Source: Rhodobacterales bacterium
GTDB taxonomy: Bacteria > Pseudomonadota > Alphaproteobacteria > Rhodobacterales > Rhodobacteraceae
Assembly (NCBI GenBank): GCA_009993005.1
Contig: JAACUH010000067.1
Location: 6,848 to 70,847 of the forward strand
DNA length: 64,000 bases
Reading direction: 5' to 3'
Position numbers and translations under genes: made by a program. Under the pieces are notes generated by a model, which was not told where the DNA came from, searched no databases, and saw only the letters and a list, made by a program, of their open reading frames with translations. Shown here in pieces: positions 27,490 through 36,505 of the stretch. The stretch's first letter is position 1, and each line of letters begins with the position of its first letter.

Positions 27490-29157
27490 CTAGCCCAGCG
27501 CGGCGGAAACGGCCGCCGAGAGCCGTTCGGCATTCGCGCGCGGCAGCGGCAGGTAGAGCGCGCCCATCGTCTCTGCCAGGCGCTTCAGAGCCTGTTCCGG
27601 CCGGTTGCCGGTGTCGATCACGACCCCGTCCATCCCCGCCGCGCGCAAGAGGCGGGCCAGCAGCAGCGCGTCCTCGGCCGCGCGCGGGCGGTCGGGCAGC
27701 CCATCGAGGGCGATATTGGCCCGCCCGTCGGTCAGCAGCGCCAGCGTTGGCGTCAGACCGCGCCGTTTGGCGAGGGCAGCCAGATCATGCGCCGCGCGCA
27801 GACCGGCGGCAAGCGGCGTGCCTCCGCCACCCGGCAGCGCCGCAAGCCGCCGTTTGGTCTGCACCAGACTCCGCGTCGGCGGCAGCAGCACCTCGGCCGC
27901 GGTCCCGCGAAACGCGATCAGCGCCACATGGTCGCGCCGTGCATAGGCCTGCGCGAGAAGCAGTTCGACCGCGCCCTTGGCCTCGGCCAGCCGCGCCAGC
28001 GCGGCAGAGCCGGAGGCATCCACGGCAAAGATCAAGAGCCGGTCGGATTTGTCCTCGAACCGCTTGAGCCGGATGTCACCCGCGCGCACCAGCACGCCCG
28101 CGCCGCGCGGCGCGCCGTTTGCGCGGATCACCTGCCAGGGGGCCGCGGCGCGCAGCGTCGCCACGATGTCGATGCGCGCGCCATTGCCCAGCCGTCCGGC
28201 GCGCGGTGGCAGCGGACGACCGCGCCGGTTGCCCTTGCGCGCCGCCCCCGTGCCGCTACCGGTGCCGCCGCGCGCGGCCTTGGCGGCGAGCCGGGCGAGC
28301 AGGTCGGGTGGCAGCAGCGCGCGCACGGCCTCGAGCAGCAGCTCGTCAGGCAGGGTCAGGTCGTCGCTTTGTTGCTCTTCGCCGTCGCCGTCGTTTTCGG
28401 GCGGGGTATCCTCTTTGGCGGGGGGCTCCGGCGCCTCGGGCACTTGCGTCGCGCGATGGGCGAGCGTCAGGGCGCAGGCGGCGGTCAGGTCGTCGTCATC
28501 GACACTGTCATGGCCCAAAAGCGCCGCATGGGCCCGCGCGGCGCGCAGCGCAAAGAGCGGCGCGCGCAGGCTGTCGATGCCCAGCGCGGCACAGATACCG
28601 ATGATCCGCTCGGCCAGGTCGTCGCCTGTGATCACATGGGAGAGAGCGGTGCGCGCGCTGGCCATCTCATCCGGTTCGGGCGGAAAGCCGGTGATGTCGC
28701 CCATCGCCACATCGCCCAGGTCGATGTCAAAGGCGAGCCGCTCCGCCAGCACCTGCGGCGCGCGTTCATCCTCGGCCGCGCCTTCGTCGAGCGCGATCAG
28801 GCAATGCCCGGCGTCCCTGTCCAGCGCCATCGCCAGCCGCGCGGCAAGCTGCTGCGGGCAGCGTTCCGCCATCGTCAGCACAAGCGCGGCGGGGCGTGCC
28901 AGCAGACCCTGTTCCTGCACGATCCGCCCCTTGGCCAGCGTCGCCGACAGGTCGAGCCCGCCAAAGAGCGCCTCATCCGTGACCTGCGGATGCAGCCGGA
29001 CCTGCGGCAGCGGCAGCGCCGGCAGCAGCGCCGTCACCGCGTCGCGCACCGGGCCTGACCGCGCGCGCAGGACCATGCCACCGAGGCCGGCGGGGTCGAT
29101 GGCCAGCAGCGCCAGCGCCAGCGTGGCGCGGCCAAAGGGGGTGTCCTGCTCAGGCAA
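27490..29157 (-). CDS. bchD: Magnesium chelatase subunit D
   Basis: AIDPAGLGG, ALFGGLDL, acidic/Pro linker, vWA DASGSAA, GGGTPLA, LTDGRAN; TTG start overlapping the bchI stop. Confidence 0.95.
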   Translation of the reverse strand: MPEQDTPFGRATLALALLAIDPAGLGGMVLRARSGPVRDAVTALLPALPLPQVRLHPQVTDEALFGGLDLSATLAKGRIVQEQGLLARPAALVLTMAERCPQQLAARLAMALDRDAGHCLIALDEGAAEDERAPQVLAERLAFDIDLGDVAMGDITGFPPEPDEMASARTALSHVITGDDLAERIIGICAALGIDSLRAPLFALRAARAHAALLGHDSVDDDDLTAACALTLAHRATQVPEAPEPPAKEDTPPENDGDGEEQQSDDLTLPDELLLEAVRALLPPDLLARLAAKAARGGTGSGTGAARKGNRRGRPLPPRAGRLGNGARIDIVATLRAAAPWQVIRANGAPRGAGVLVRAGDIRLKRFEDKSDRLLIFAVDASGSAALARLAEAKGAVELLLAQAYARRDHVALIAFRGTAAEVLLPPTRSLVQTKRRLAALPGGGGTPLAAGLRAAHDLAALAKRRGLTPTLALLTDGRANIALDGLPDRPRAAEDALLLARLLRAAGMDGVVIDTGNRPEQALKRLAETMGALYLPLPRANAERLSAAVSAALG

Positions 29158-30154
29158 GCACCGTCTCCACCACCCGGGCCACGCGCGCGCCGCTGCCCGC
29201 CTCGTCCAGCGGGTCGCGCCGCAGCCGGTGGCGCAGCGCCATCGCCGCCACGTCGCGCACATGCGCGCGCGTGAGCGCGGTATCGTCGCGCCAGGCGGCA
29301 TAGGCCCGCGCCGCGCGCAAGAGCGTGAGTTCGCCGCGCAGCCCGTCGGACCCGAGCGCAAGGCAGAGCTCGGCCACGTCATGCAGGGTCTTTTCGGGCG
29401 TCTTGAGCAGTTTGAGCGCCTTGCGCGCGGTCAGGATGCGGTCGCGGATCGCGGCATCCTCGGCCTGCCAGCGCAGCATGAAGGCGGCGTTGTCATTGTC
29501 ATAGGCATCGCGTCGGCGGATCACCTCGACCCGCGTTTCGATGTCCTTGGGCGATGTCACCTCGACCGAGAGGCCGAACCGGTCGAGCAATTGCGGCCGC
29601 AACTCGCCCTCCTCGGGGTTGCCGGACCCCACCAGCACGAAACGCGCGGCGTGGCGGATGCTCAGCCCTTCGCGCTCCACCACATTCTCGCCCGAAGCGG
29701 CGACGTCGAGCAGCAGATCCACGATGTGATCCTCGAGCAGGTTGACCTCGTCGATATAGAGGTAGCCGCGGTTCGCCCGTGCGAGCAGGCCGGGCTGAAA
29801 CGCCTTTTCGCCCCGCGTCAGCGCCTTTTCGATGTCGAGCGCGCCAGTCACGCGATCCTCGGTCGCGCCGAGCGGCAGATCGACGACAGGGGTCGGGATG
29901 CTATGGGTGATTTTCGTCTCTATCCCGGCCCAATCGGGCACATCTGCCGCCGTTTCACCGTTGACCGGGCAGCCCTTGACCACCGTGATCGGTGGCAACA
30001 GTGCCGCCAGCGCGCGCACGGCAGTCGATTTTCCGGTGCCGCGGTCGCCAAAGACCAGCACGCCGCCGATGCCGGGGTCGATCGCGGTCAGGATCATCGA
30101 CAATTTCATCTCTTCCTGGCCGACGATGGCGGAAAAGGGAAAAGGGTGTTTCAT
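29150..30154 (-). CDS. bchI: Magnesium chelatase subunit I
   Basis: FPFSAIVGQEEMK, GDRGTGKST, LYIDEVNLL, GNPEEGELRPQLLDRFG. Confidence 0.97.
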   Translation of the reverse strand: MKHPFPFSAIVGQEEMKLSMILTAIDPGIGGVLVFGDRGTGKSTAVRALAALLPPITVVKGCPVNGETAADVPDWAGIETKITHSIPTPVVDLPLGATEDRVTGALDIEKALTRGEKAFQPGLLARANRGYLYIDEVNLLEDHIVDLLLDVAASGENVVEREGLSIRHAARFVLVGSGNPEEGELRPQLLDRFGLSVEVTSPKDIETRVEVIRRRDAYDNDNAAFMLRWQAEDAAIRDRILTARKALKLLKTPEKTLHDVAELCLALGSDGLRGELTLLRAARAYAAWRDDTALTRAHVRDVAAMALRHRLRRDPLDEAGSGARVARVVETVLA

Positions 30155-30861
30155 GCGGGCTCCAGTATCGGCAAGTGGGCGAGGGGCGAGGCCCCGTTCC
30201 ATGTCCCGCTATCAGACTGCACGCTGAAGCGGGCGTAAAGCTCTTCGCTGAACCAGGCGCCGTCGCGCACGGCGCGGATCGCGGCGGCATGCGGGCCTGT
30301 GCGGGCGAAACCGGCCATCGCCTGCTCGTCCGGCCAGATCGAAAAGGTGACCTGATGCAAGAGCGGCACCTCGCCGATCCCAATCTTGAAAGCCACGTTG
30401 AGATCAGAGCCTATCATGGCGGAAATGTCGGGCACCCGGCGCCAGAATTGCAGCGCGATGCGCGGCTTTACGGTGGCACGGGTCAGCGCGGCGATGGGGC
30501 CGGGCATCGCGGGTCCGGGCGTAAAGGGCGCGCGCCCGGACCAGGCGCCGCGCGCCTGTGTCGGGCTGAGAAACACGGTCCAGCTTTCCGTGGCGCGCGC
30601 GCGGTAGCGACGAAAGATGCCGGCCTGCGCGACCTGAGCGCGCGCGACCTCATGCGAGGGCCAGGTGGCAAGGATCGCATAGACGGCCGTGTTGGGCAGC
30701 GGGGTGAAGCCCACGCCGGTGCCCGAGCCGCAAAGCTTCCAGAAGCCGATCTGCGGCACGCGTGCGAGCGGCCCGCGCGCCGCGCCCATCATGCCCAGCG
30801 CCCAGAGCCGCGCCAGCGGCCCGGCAAAGCGGAAAAAGGACAGGCTGACGGTCTGGGTCAC
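30151..30861 (-). CDS. crtA: Spheroidene monooxygenase
   Basis: FWKLCGSGTG.GFTP.PN, KIGIGEVP, FSIWPD, GPHAAAI, EELYARF. Confidence 0.93.
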   Translation of the reverse strand: MTQTVSLSFFRFAGPLARLWALGMMGAARGPLARVPQIGFWKLCGSGTGVGFTPLPNTAVYAILATWPSHEVARAQVAQAGIFRRYRARATESWTVFLSPTQARGAWSGRAPFTPGPAMPGPIAALTRATVKPRIALQFWRRVPDISAMIGSDLNVAFKIGIGEVPLLHQVTFSIWPDEQAMAGFARTGPHAAAIRAVRDGAWFSEELYARFSVQSDSGTWNGASPLAHLPILEPA

Positions 30862-30877
30862 GGGGGCCTCGGGTAAG

Positions 30878-30895
30878 TGTCAACTTATCCTGACA
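30878..30895. promoter_or_regulatory. PpsR/CrtJ box (crtA side)
   Basis: TGT-CAACTTATCCTG-ACA. Confidence 0.85.
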
Positions 30896-30988
30896 GACCG
30901 CGGGTGCTTTGGAAAGGTCATGCGACACTTTGCGTGGCGCGCAAATCGTTGCAAGCGATGGATTGTCAGACTCGCCAGCCCGAGCTAC

Positions 30989-31006
30989 TGTAAGTCTATG
31001 TTGACA
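30989..31006. promoter_or_regulatory. PpsR/CrtJ box overlapping the crtI -10 and start codon
   Basis: TGT-AAGTCTATGTTG-ACA. Confidence 0.85.
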
Positions 31007-32614
31007 CATCCCCCCGCCAATCTCGCCCCCGGTCTCGCGCCAGATCTCGCGCCCGACCCCGCCCTCGCCAACCGCGCCATCGTCATCGGCGCGGGCCTCG
31101 GCGGGCTTGCCGCCGCGATGCGCCTTGGCGCCAAGGGCTACCGCGTCACCGTGCTCGACCGGCTCGACCGGGCGGGCGGGCGCGGGTCGTCGATCACGCA
31201 GGACGGGCACCGATTCGACCTCGGGCCGACCATCGTGACCGTGCCGCAGGTGTTCGAGAGCCTCTGGGCCGCCTGCGGGCGCGATTTCCGCGCCGATGTG
31301 GACCTGCGCCCGCTCGACCCGTTTTACCGGATCGCCTTTGCCGATGGGTCGCATTTCGACGCGACCGGCGACACCGACCGCATGGTGGCCGAGGTCGCGC
31401 GGCTGAGCCCCGGCGATGTGGCGGGCTACAAGCGGTTTCTCAAGGATAGCCAGCGCCGATTCGTCGTGGGCTATGAGGGGATGGTCGCCAAGCCGATGCA
31501 CCGGTTCTGGGAGACGCTCAAGGTCATCCCCGAGTTTGCCCGCCTGCGCGCCGACCGCTCGATATTCGGCCTGGCAAAGCGGCGTGTGGCGGACCCGCGG
31601 CTGCGCATGGCGCTGTCCTTCCATCCGCTCTTTATCGGTGGCGACCCGATGCATGTCACCTCGATCTATGCGCTGGTGAGCCATCTGGAGAAGGAATACG
31701 GCGTCCATTACGCGATGGGCGGTGTGCAGGCGATTGCCGACGCGATGGTGGATGTGATCACAGCGCAGGGCGGCGAGGTGCGGCTGAATTGCGAGGCGGA
31801 CGAGATCCTGTTCAACGGCGATGCCGCGACCGGCGTGCGGATGGCGGATGGCACCAGCCTGCTCGCGCCCTTGGTGGTGAGCAATGCTGACGCCGGGCAC
31901 ACCTATACGCGGCTGTTGCGCAACCGCACGCGGCGGGTGTGGAGCGACCGCAAGGTGGCCGCGCGGCGCTGGTCGATGGGGCTATATGTCTGGTATTTCG
32001 GCACCAAGGTCACGCGCGGCATGTGGCCGGATCTGGGCCATCACACGATCCTGAGCGGGCCGCGCTATGAGGGCCTGCTGCGCGACATCTTCATCAAGGG
32101 TCGCCTCGCCGATGACATGAGCCTGTATATCCACCGGCCGACCGTGACCGACCCCTCGGCCGCGCCGGCGGGCGATGATACGTTCTATGTGCTCTCGCCG
32201 GTGCCGCATCTGGGCCATGAAAACCCGGTGGATTGGCAGACGGAAGAGCCGATCTATCGCGAAAAGGTCGCGGCAGAGCTGGAAAAGGTCATGCCCGGCT
32301 TTCGCGATCACCTCTCCACCAGCCTGGTGTTCACGCCCGAGACCTTTCGCGACCGCTATCTGTCGCCGCATGGCGCGGGCTTTTCGATCGAACCCCGCAT
32401 CCTGCAAAGCGCCTGGTTCCGCCCGCATAACGTGAGCGAAGAGGCGCGCGGGCTCTACCTCGTGGGTGCGGGCACGCATCCCGGCGCGGGCCTGCCCGGC
32501 GTGGTGTCGAGCGCGGAGGTGCTGGGCAAGCTGGTGCCCGATGCGCCCGAAGTGCCTGAACAGAGCCTGAAACGGGGTCTGAAACGGGGCCTCCCGCGGA
32601 TGGCGGCCGAATGA
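30998..32614 (+). CDS. crtI: Phytoene desaturase
   Basis: IVIGAGLGGLAAA, FDLGPTIVT, QSAWFRPHN, YLVGAGTHPGAGLPGV. Confidence 0.96.
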   Translation: MLTHPPANLAPGLAPDLAPDPALANRAIVIGAGLGGLAAAMRLGAKGYRVTVLDRLDRAGGRGSSITQDGHRFDLGPTIVTVPQVFESLWAACGRDFRADVDLRPLDPFYRIAFADGSHFDATGDTDRMVAEVARLSPGDVAGYKRFLKDSQRRFVVGYEGMVAKPMHRFWETLKVIPEFARLRADRSIFGLAKRRVADPRLRMALSFHPLFIGGDPMHVTSIYALVSHLEKEYGVHYAMGGVQAIADAMVDVITAQGGEVRLNCEADEILFNGDAATGVRMADGTSLLAPLVVSNADAGHTYTRLLRNRTRRVWSDRKVAARRWSMGLYVWYFGTKVTRGMWPDLGHHTILSGPRYEGLLRDIFIKGRLADDMSLYIHRPTVTDPSAAPAGDDTFYVLSPVPHLGHENPVDWQTEEPIYREKVAAELEKVMPGFRDHLSTSLVFTPETFRDRYLSPHGAGFSIEPRILQSAWFRPHNVSEEARGLYLVGAGTHPGAGLPGVVSSAEVLGKLVPDAPEVPEQSLKRGLKRGLPRMAAE

Positions 32615-33633
32615 CCCGGGCCGACGACCTCGCCCATTGCCGCGCGGCGATCCGTACCGGGTCGCTGTCGTTTCATGCCGCGTCACGGCTGTTGCCCGCA
32701 CGGGTGCGTGACCCGGCGCTGGTGCTCTATGCCTTTTGTCGGCTGGCCGATGACGAGGTCGATGAAGGGACGGACAAGGCCAGCGCCGTGCTGCGCCTGC
32801 GCGACAGGCTCGACCTTGCCTATGCAGGCCGGCCGCGCAATGCGCCCGAGGATCGTGCCTTTGCCGCCATTGTAGAGACGTTCGAGATGCCGCGCGCATT
32901 GCCCGAGGCGCTGCTCGAAGGGCTCGCCTGGGATGCGGTCGGGCGGCGCTATGCCACGCTGTCGGGCGTGCGCGACTATTCCGCCCGCGTGGCCGCGGCG
33001 GTGGGCGCGATGATGTGCGTGCTGATGCGGGTGCGCGACCCGCATGCGCTGGCGCGGGCCTGTGATCTGGGCGTGGCGATGCAACTGACCAATATCGCGC
33101 GCGACATCGGCGAGGATGCGCGCGCCGGGCGGCTCTATCTGCCGACCGGCTGGCTGGCCGAGGCCGGGATCGACGCCGGGGATTTCCTGCGCGCCCCCGC
33201 CGCGACGCCCGCGATCCGGCGGATGGCCGGGCGGCTCCTGGCCGAGGCGGACAGGCTTTATCTGAGGTCCGAGGCCGGGATCGGCGCGCTGCCGCGCGAT
33301 GCGCGGATGGGGATCTGGGCCGCGCGGCTGATCTATGCCGGGATCGGGCGCGAGGTCCGTCGCCAGGGTTGCGACAGCATCACCCGGCGCGCGCATACCT
33401 CTGCCGCGCAAAAGATCGGCTGGATGGCACAGGCCTGCGCGCGGGCGGCGGGTGGCAGCCTCATGCCGCGCTCTGCCGTGATCTATGCGCCCCCGCTGGC
33501 CGAGACGGCCTATCTGGTCGATGCCGCAGGCCGCGCCGTGGCCGACCGGGGCCGCACCCATGCGCTGCTCGACGTGCTCGCGCAATTGAAAGCGCGCGAA
33601 ATAAGGGTTGGAACCCGGGGGCAGGGCGCTTAG
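32611..33633 (+). CDS. crtB: Phytoene synthase
   Basis: GSLSFHAAS, YAFCRLADDEVD, MQLTNIARDIGEDA. Confidence 0.96.
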   Translation: MTRADDLAHCRAAIRTGSLSFHAASRLLPARVRDPALVLYAFCRLADDEVDEGTDKASAVLRLRDRLDLAYAGRPRNAPEDRAFAAIVETFEMPRALPEALLEGLAWDAVGRRYATLSGVRDYSARVAAAVGAMMCVLMRVRDPHALARACDLGVAMQLTNIARDIGEDARAGRLYLPTGWLAEAGIDAGDFLRAPAATPAIRRMAGRLLAEADRLYLRSEAGIGALPRDARMGIWAARLIYAGIGREVRRQGCDSITRRAHTSAAQKIGWMAQACARAAGGSLMPRSAVIYAPPLAETAYLVDAAGRAVADRGRTHALLDVLAQLKAREIRVGTRGQGA

Positions 33634-33669
33634 TTACCATAGCGACACCCATGAAAGGGGCGCCGCGCC

Positions 33670-34149
33670 ATGGATCTGATGTTTTTCGCGATCTTTCTCG
33701 TGGCGACCTTCGCCGCAGGGGCAACCGGGGCGATGTTCCCGACCGGTGAGTGGTACAAAAGGCTCAACAAACCATCCTGGACGCCGCCCAACTGGGTGTT
33801 TCCTGTGGCCTGGACCTCGATCTACCTGCTGATCGCCTTTGCCGGCGCGCGTGTCGCGCCGCTAAATGGCAATGGCTATGCGATGGCCTTCTGGGCGTTG
33901 CAGATCGCGTTCAATACGCTGTGGACGCCGATTTTCTTTGGCCTGCGGCGGCTCAAGGGGTCGCTGCCGGTGATGGCGGGGCTCTGGCTGGCGGTCGCGG
34001 GGGCGACCGTGACGCATATGCAGCTCGACCTTTGGGCGGGGCTCGCCTTTGTGCCCTATCTGGCCTGGGTGACGGTGGCGGCCGCGCTCAACATCGAAAT
34101 GGCGCGGCTGAACCCGGACGCCGTGCCGCTCGAACCCGCCAAGCTCTGA
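33670..34149 (+). CDS. tspO: Tryptophan-rich sensory protein TspO
   Basis: WYKRLNKPSWTPPNWVFPVAW, LWTPIFFG, PYLAWV. Confidence 0.96.
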   Translation: MDLMFFAIFLVATFAAGATGAMFPTGEWYKRLNKPSWTPPNWVFPVAWTSIYLLIAFAGARVAPLNGNGYAMAFWALQIAFNTLWTPIFFGLRRLKGSLPVMAGLWLAVAGATVTHMQLDLWAGLAFVPYLAWVTVAAALNIEMARLNPDAVPLEPAKL

Positions 34150-34153
34150 GGCG

Positions 34154-35224
34154 TTACGCGCCCCAGGTCCGGCGCAGCACGCCGATCCAGTTTTCGTGGC
34201 AGAGCTTGCGCAAGAGCGCATCATCATAGCCATGCGCGCGCAGCGCCTCCTGAAACGCCGGCAGGCCGGTGACATCGCCGATCGGCGCAGGGATCTCGGC
34301 GCCGTCGAAGTCCGAGCCAAAGCCGACATGGTCCTCGCCCAGATGCGCGATCAGATGGTCGAGGTGGCGCAGCATCACGTCGTGCCCGAAATCCGGGTCG
34401 CGCCGCCCGTCGGGCCGCAGGAATGCGGTGGCAAAGTTCAGCCCGACCATGCCGCCGCTGTCGCGAATCATGGCAAGCTGCCGGTCGGTGAGGTTGCGCG
34501 CCGAAGGGCAGATGGCATGCGCGTTGGAATGGGTGGCGACCAGGGGCGCGTCGCTGATCGCGGCCACGTCCTCGACCCCCTTGGCATTCATGTGCGACAG
34601 GTCGATCATGATCCGCAGGCGATTGCATTCGCGCACCAGCCGCGTGCCCGCCTCGGTCAGGCCCGGGCCGGTGTCGGGGCTCGATGGATAGCGGAACGGC
34701 ACGCCATGGCCGAATGCGGTGGGCCTGCTCCACACCGGGCCAAGCGACCGCAGACCCATCGCGTGAAACACATGCAGCGCGTCGAGGTCGGGGTCGATCG
34801 CCTCGGCGCCCTCCATATGCATGACGGCAAAGATGATGCCGCGCGCCAGGCAGTGCTCGATCTCGGCCACCGTGCGGCAGATGCGAAAGTCATCGGGCGT
34901 GAGCCGTTCGAGCCCCAGCAGATGCCCCGCTTGCAAGAGCGCCACGGGCTGCGCCTCGGCCAGTGACAGCGCCGGCGGCAAGGGTAGCGCATAGGGCGGA
35001 TGCGCCATCATCTCGTTCATGGCGGCGAGGCCGGGTGCGTCGCTGTCGGGCCGCACGGGAATGTAGATGGCAAAGAACCCGCCCGCGAAATGCCCCTTGC
35101 GCATCCGCGGCAGGTCAAGATGCCCACCGCCCGCCTGCCCGCTCCAGATCGCCTCGCGCCCGGCGGGGTCGGTCATCAGCCGCAGGAGAAGGTCGTTATG
35201 GCCGTCAAGGATGGGAATGGTCAT
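34154..35224 (-). CDS. Membrane dipeptidase (peptidase M19)
   Basis: LDGHNDL, HLDLPRM, MEGAE, IDLSH, ATHSN, RNLTD, GFGSDFDG. Confidence 0.92.
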   Translation of the reverse strand: MTIPILDGHNDLLLRLMTDPAGREAIWSGQAGGGHLDLPRMRKGHFAGGFFAIYIPVRPDSDAPGLAAMNEMMAHPPYALPLPPALSLAEAQPVALLQAGHLLGLERLTPDDFRICRTVAEIEHCLARGIIFAVMHMEGAEAIDPDLDALHVFHAMGLRSLGPVWSRPTAFGHGVPFRYPSSPDTGPGLTEAGTRLVRECNRLRIMIDLSHMNAKGVEDVAAISDAPLVATHSNAHAICPSARNLTDRQLAMIRDSGGMVGLNFATAFLRPDGRRDPDFGHDVMLRHLDHLIAHLGEDHVGFGSDFDGAEIPAPIGDVTGLPAFQEALRAHGYDDALLRKLCHENWIGVLRRTWGA

Positions 35225-35290
35225 GGGGGGTCCGGGCGTAAGTGTTTCGCGCAGGATAGGGTGTCGCCGGGCCGCGTCCAGCCCTTGTCG

Positions 35291-36505
35291 TCAGAACCGC
35301 CAGCCCGCCCGGCGCGGCACCCGCATGGCCAACATCGGCTTGAGCCAGGGCGAGGCAAAGCGGTCGAGGTCGAGCGCCTCGTGCACGCCGGTTACCACCT
35401 CACCGCCGATCTGCGTGCGCACGGAGGACCGCGAATAGAACGGTGCGTCGAGCATCCCGAGCACCTGCCGCGGCACCACGCCCGGGTCGGCGCGCGTCTC
35501 GCGCCGCACCTGCCAGAGCGAACGGCGGAAGGGCGTGCGCGGCGGCGCCGTCACCATCTGCGCATCGCCTTGCCCGTCAAAGCGGATCGCGGCGTCGAGC
35601 GTGCTGCCGTCACGGCGCACGGCGTCATAGAAACAGATCGCGCCGTCGCGCGTCGGGTAGCGCCCCCAGGTCCAGAAGCTGAAATCCTTCTCCAGCGCGC
35701 GCGTCCCGAAATTGGCGTCGAAATAGCCGTGCCCCTGCCAGTTCCAGCCTTTCGCCTCGAGCGCGACCTCGATCCGGGCCGAGGGCGCAAAGGGCCGCCA
35801 GACATGCGCGCCATCCGGCGTCAGCGGCAGCTCGACCCCGGTGAGCGCGTCGGGGATCAGCGTGATGGTGCCGCGCACGCGGCTGATGAGGGGCGGGCTG
35901 CTGATTTCGTCGATCCCGATCACCAGCCGGTCGCCCTGCCAGCGCATTGCCGAGGGGCCGACCGTCAGCGCGTCGGATTCGGCGCGCAGCGCGGCGCGGC
36001 CCCGGTCGGTCATGGTGAACCGGCCTCCGGGACCATAGGTCGCCACGTTGATGCAGCAATGGTTGGCAGGCTCTCGCCGGCCCGACCAGGCATACCAGGG
36101 CGAAAAGACCGACCCTATGAACCCGATGACCGAGACGGCGCGCTGGCCGTCGTCGCTGATCCCGTCAACATACCACCAGGCGTAGCCGTCGGGCGGGACG
36201 TCGAGCGCAAAGCAAGGTCTTGCGTGATCGCCGCGGCCGCGTGCCGGGCGGAGAGCACCGCCATCGGCACCCCCGCCCCCGGATGCGCCCCGCCCCCCGT
36301 CAGGTAGAGCCCCGCGAGCGCCGTGCGCGCCCGTGGCCGTGCCAGCCCCGCCGTCAGCCCATGCGGGCTCTGCCCGTAAAGCGAACCGCGGCTGCCCGGA
36401 AACATCCGCGCAAAGCCCTGCGGCGTGGTCAGGCTCTCGGGCCCCGGGGCGGGGGTAAAGGTCAGGCCGAACCGCTCCAGCCGGGAAAACACCTGTGTCT
36501 GGCAT
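35291..36505 (-). CDS. crtC: Hydroxyneurosporene synthase (carotenoid 1,2-hydratase)
   Basis: DGYAWWYVDGISDDG, FIGSVFSPWY, GHGYFDANFG, DAPFYSRS, HEALDLDRF; start tentatively ATG 36505 (AGAGGAG RBS) inside crtD. Confidence 0.9.
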   Translation of the reverse strand: MPDTGVFPAGAVRPDLYPRPGAREPDHAAGLCADVSGQPRFALRAEPAWADGGAGTATGAHGARGALPDGGRGASGGGGADGGALRPARGRGDHARPCFALDVPPDGYAWWYVDGISDDGQRAVSVIGFIGSVFSPWYAWSGRREPANHCCINVATYGPGGRFTMTDRGRAALRAESDALTVGPSAMRWQGDRLVIGIDEISSPPLISRVRGTITLIPDALTGVELPLTPDGAHVWRPFAPSARIEVALEAKGWNWQGHGYFDANFGTRALEKDFSFWTWGRYPTRDGAICFYDAVRRDGSTLDAAIRFDGQGDAQMVTAPPRTPFRRSLWQVRRETRADPGVVPRQVLGMLDAPFYSRSSVRTQIGGEVVTGVHEALDLDRFASPWLKPMLAMRVPRRAGWRF

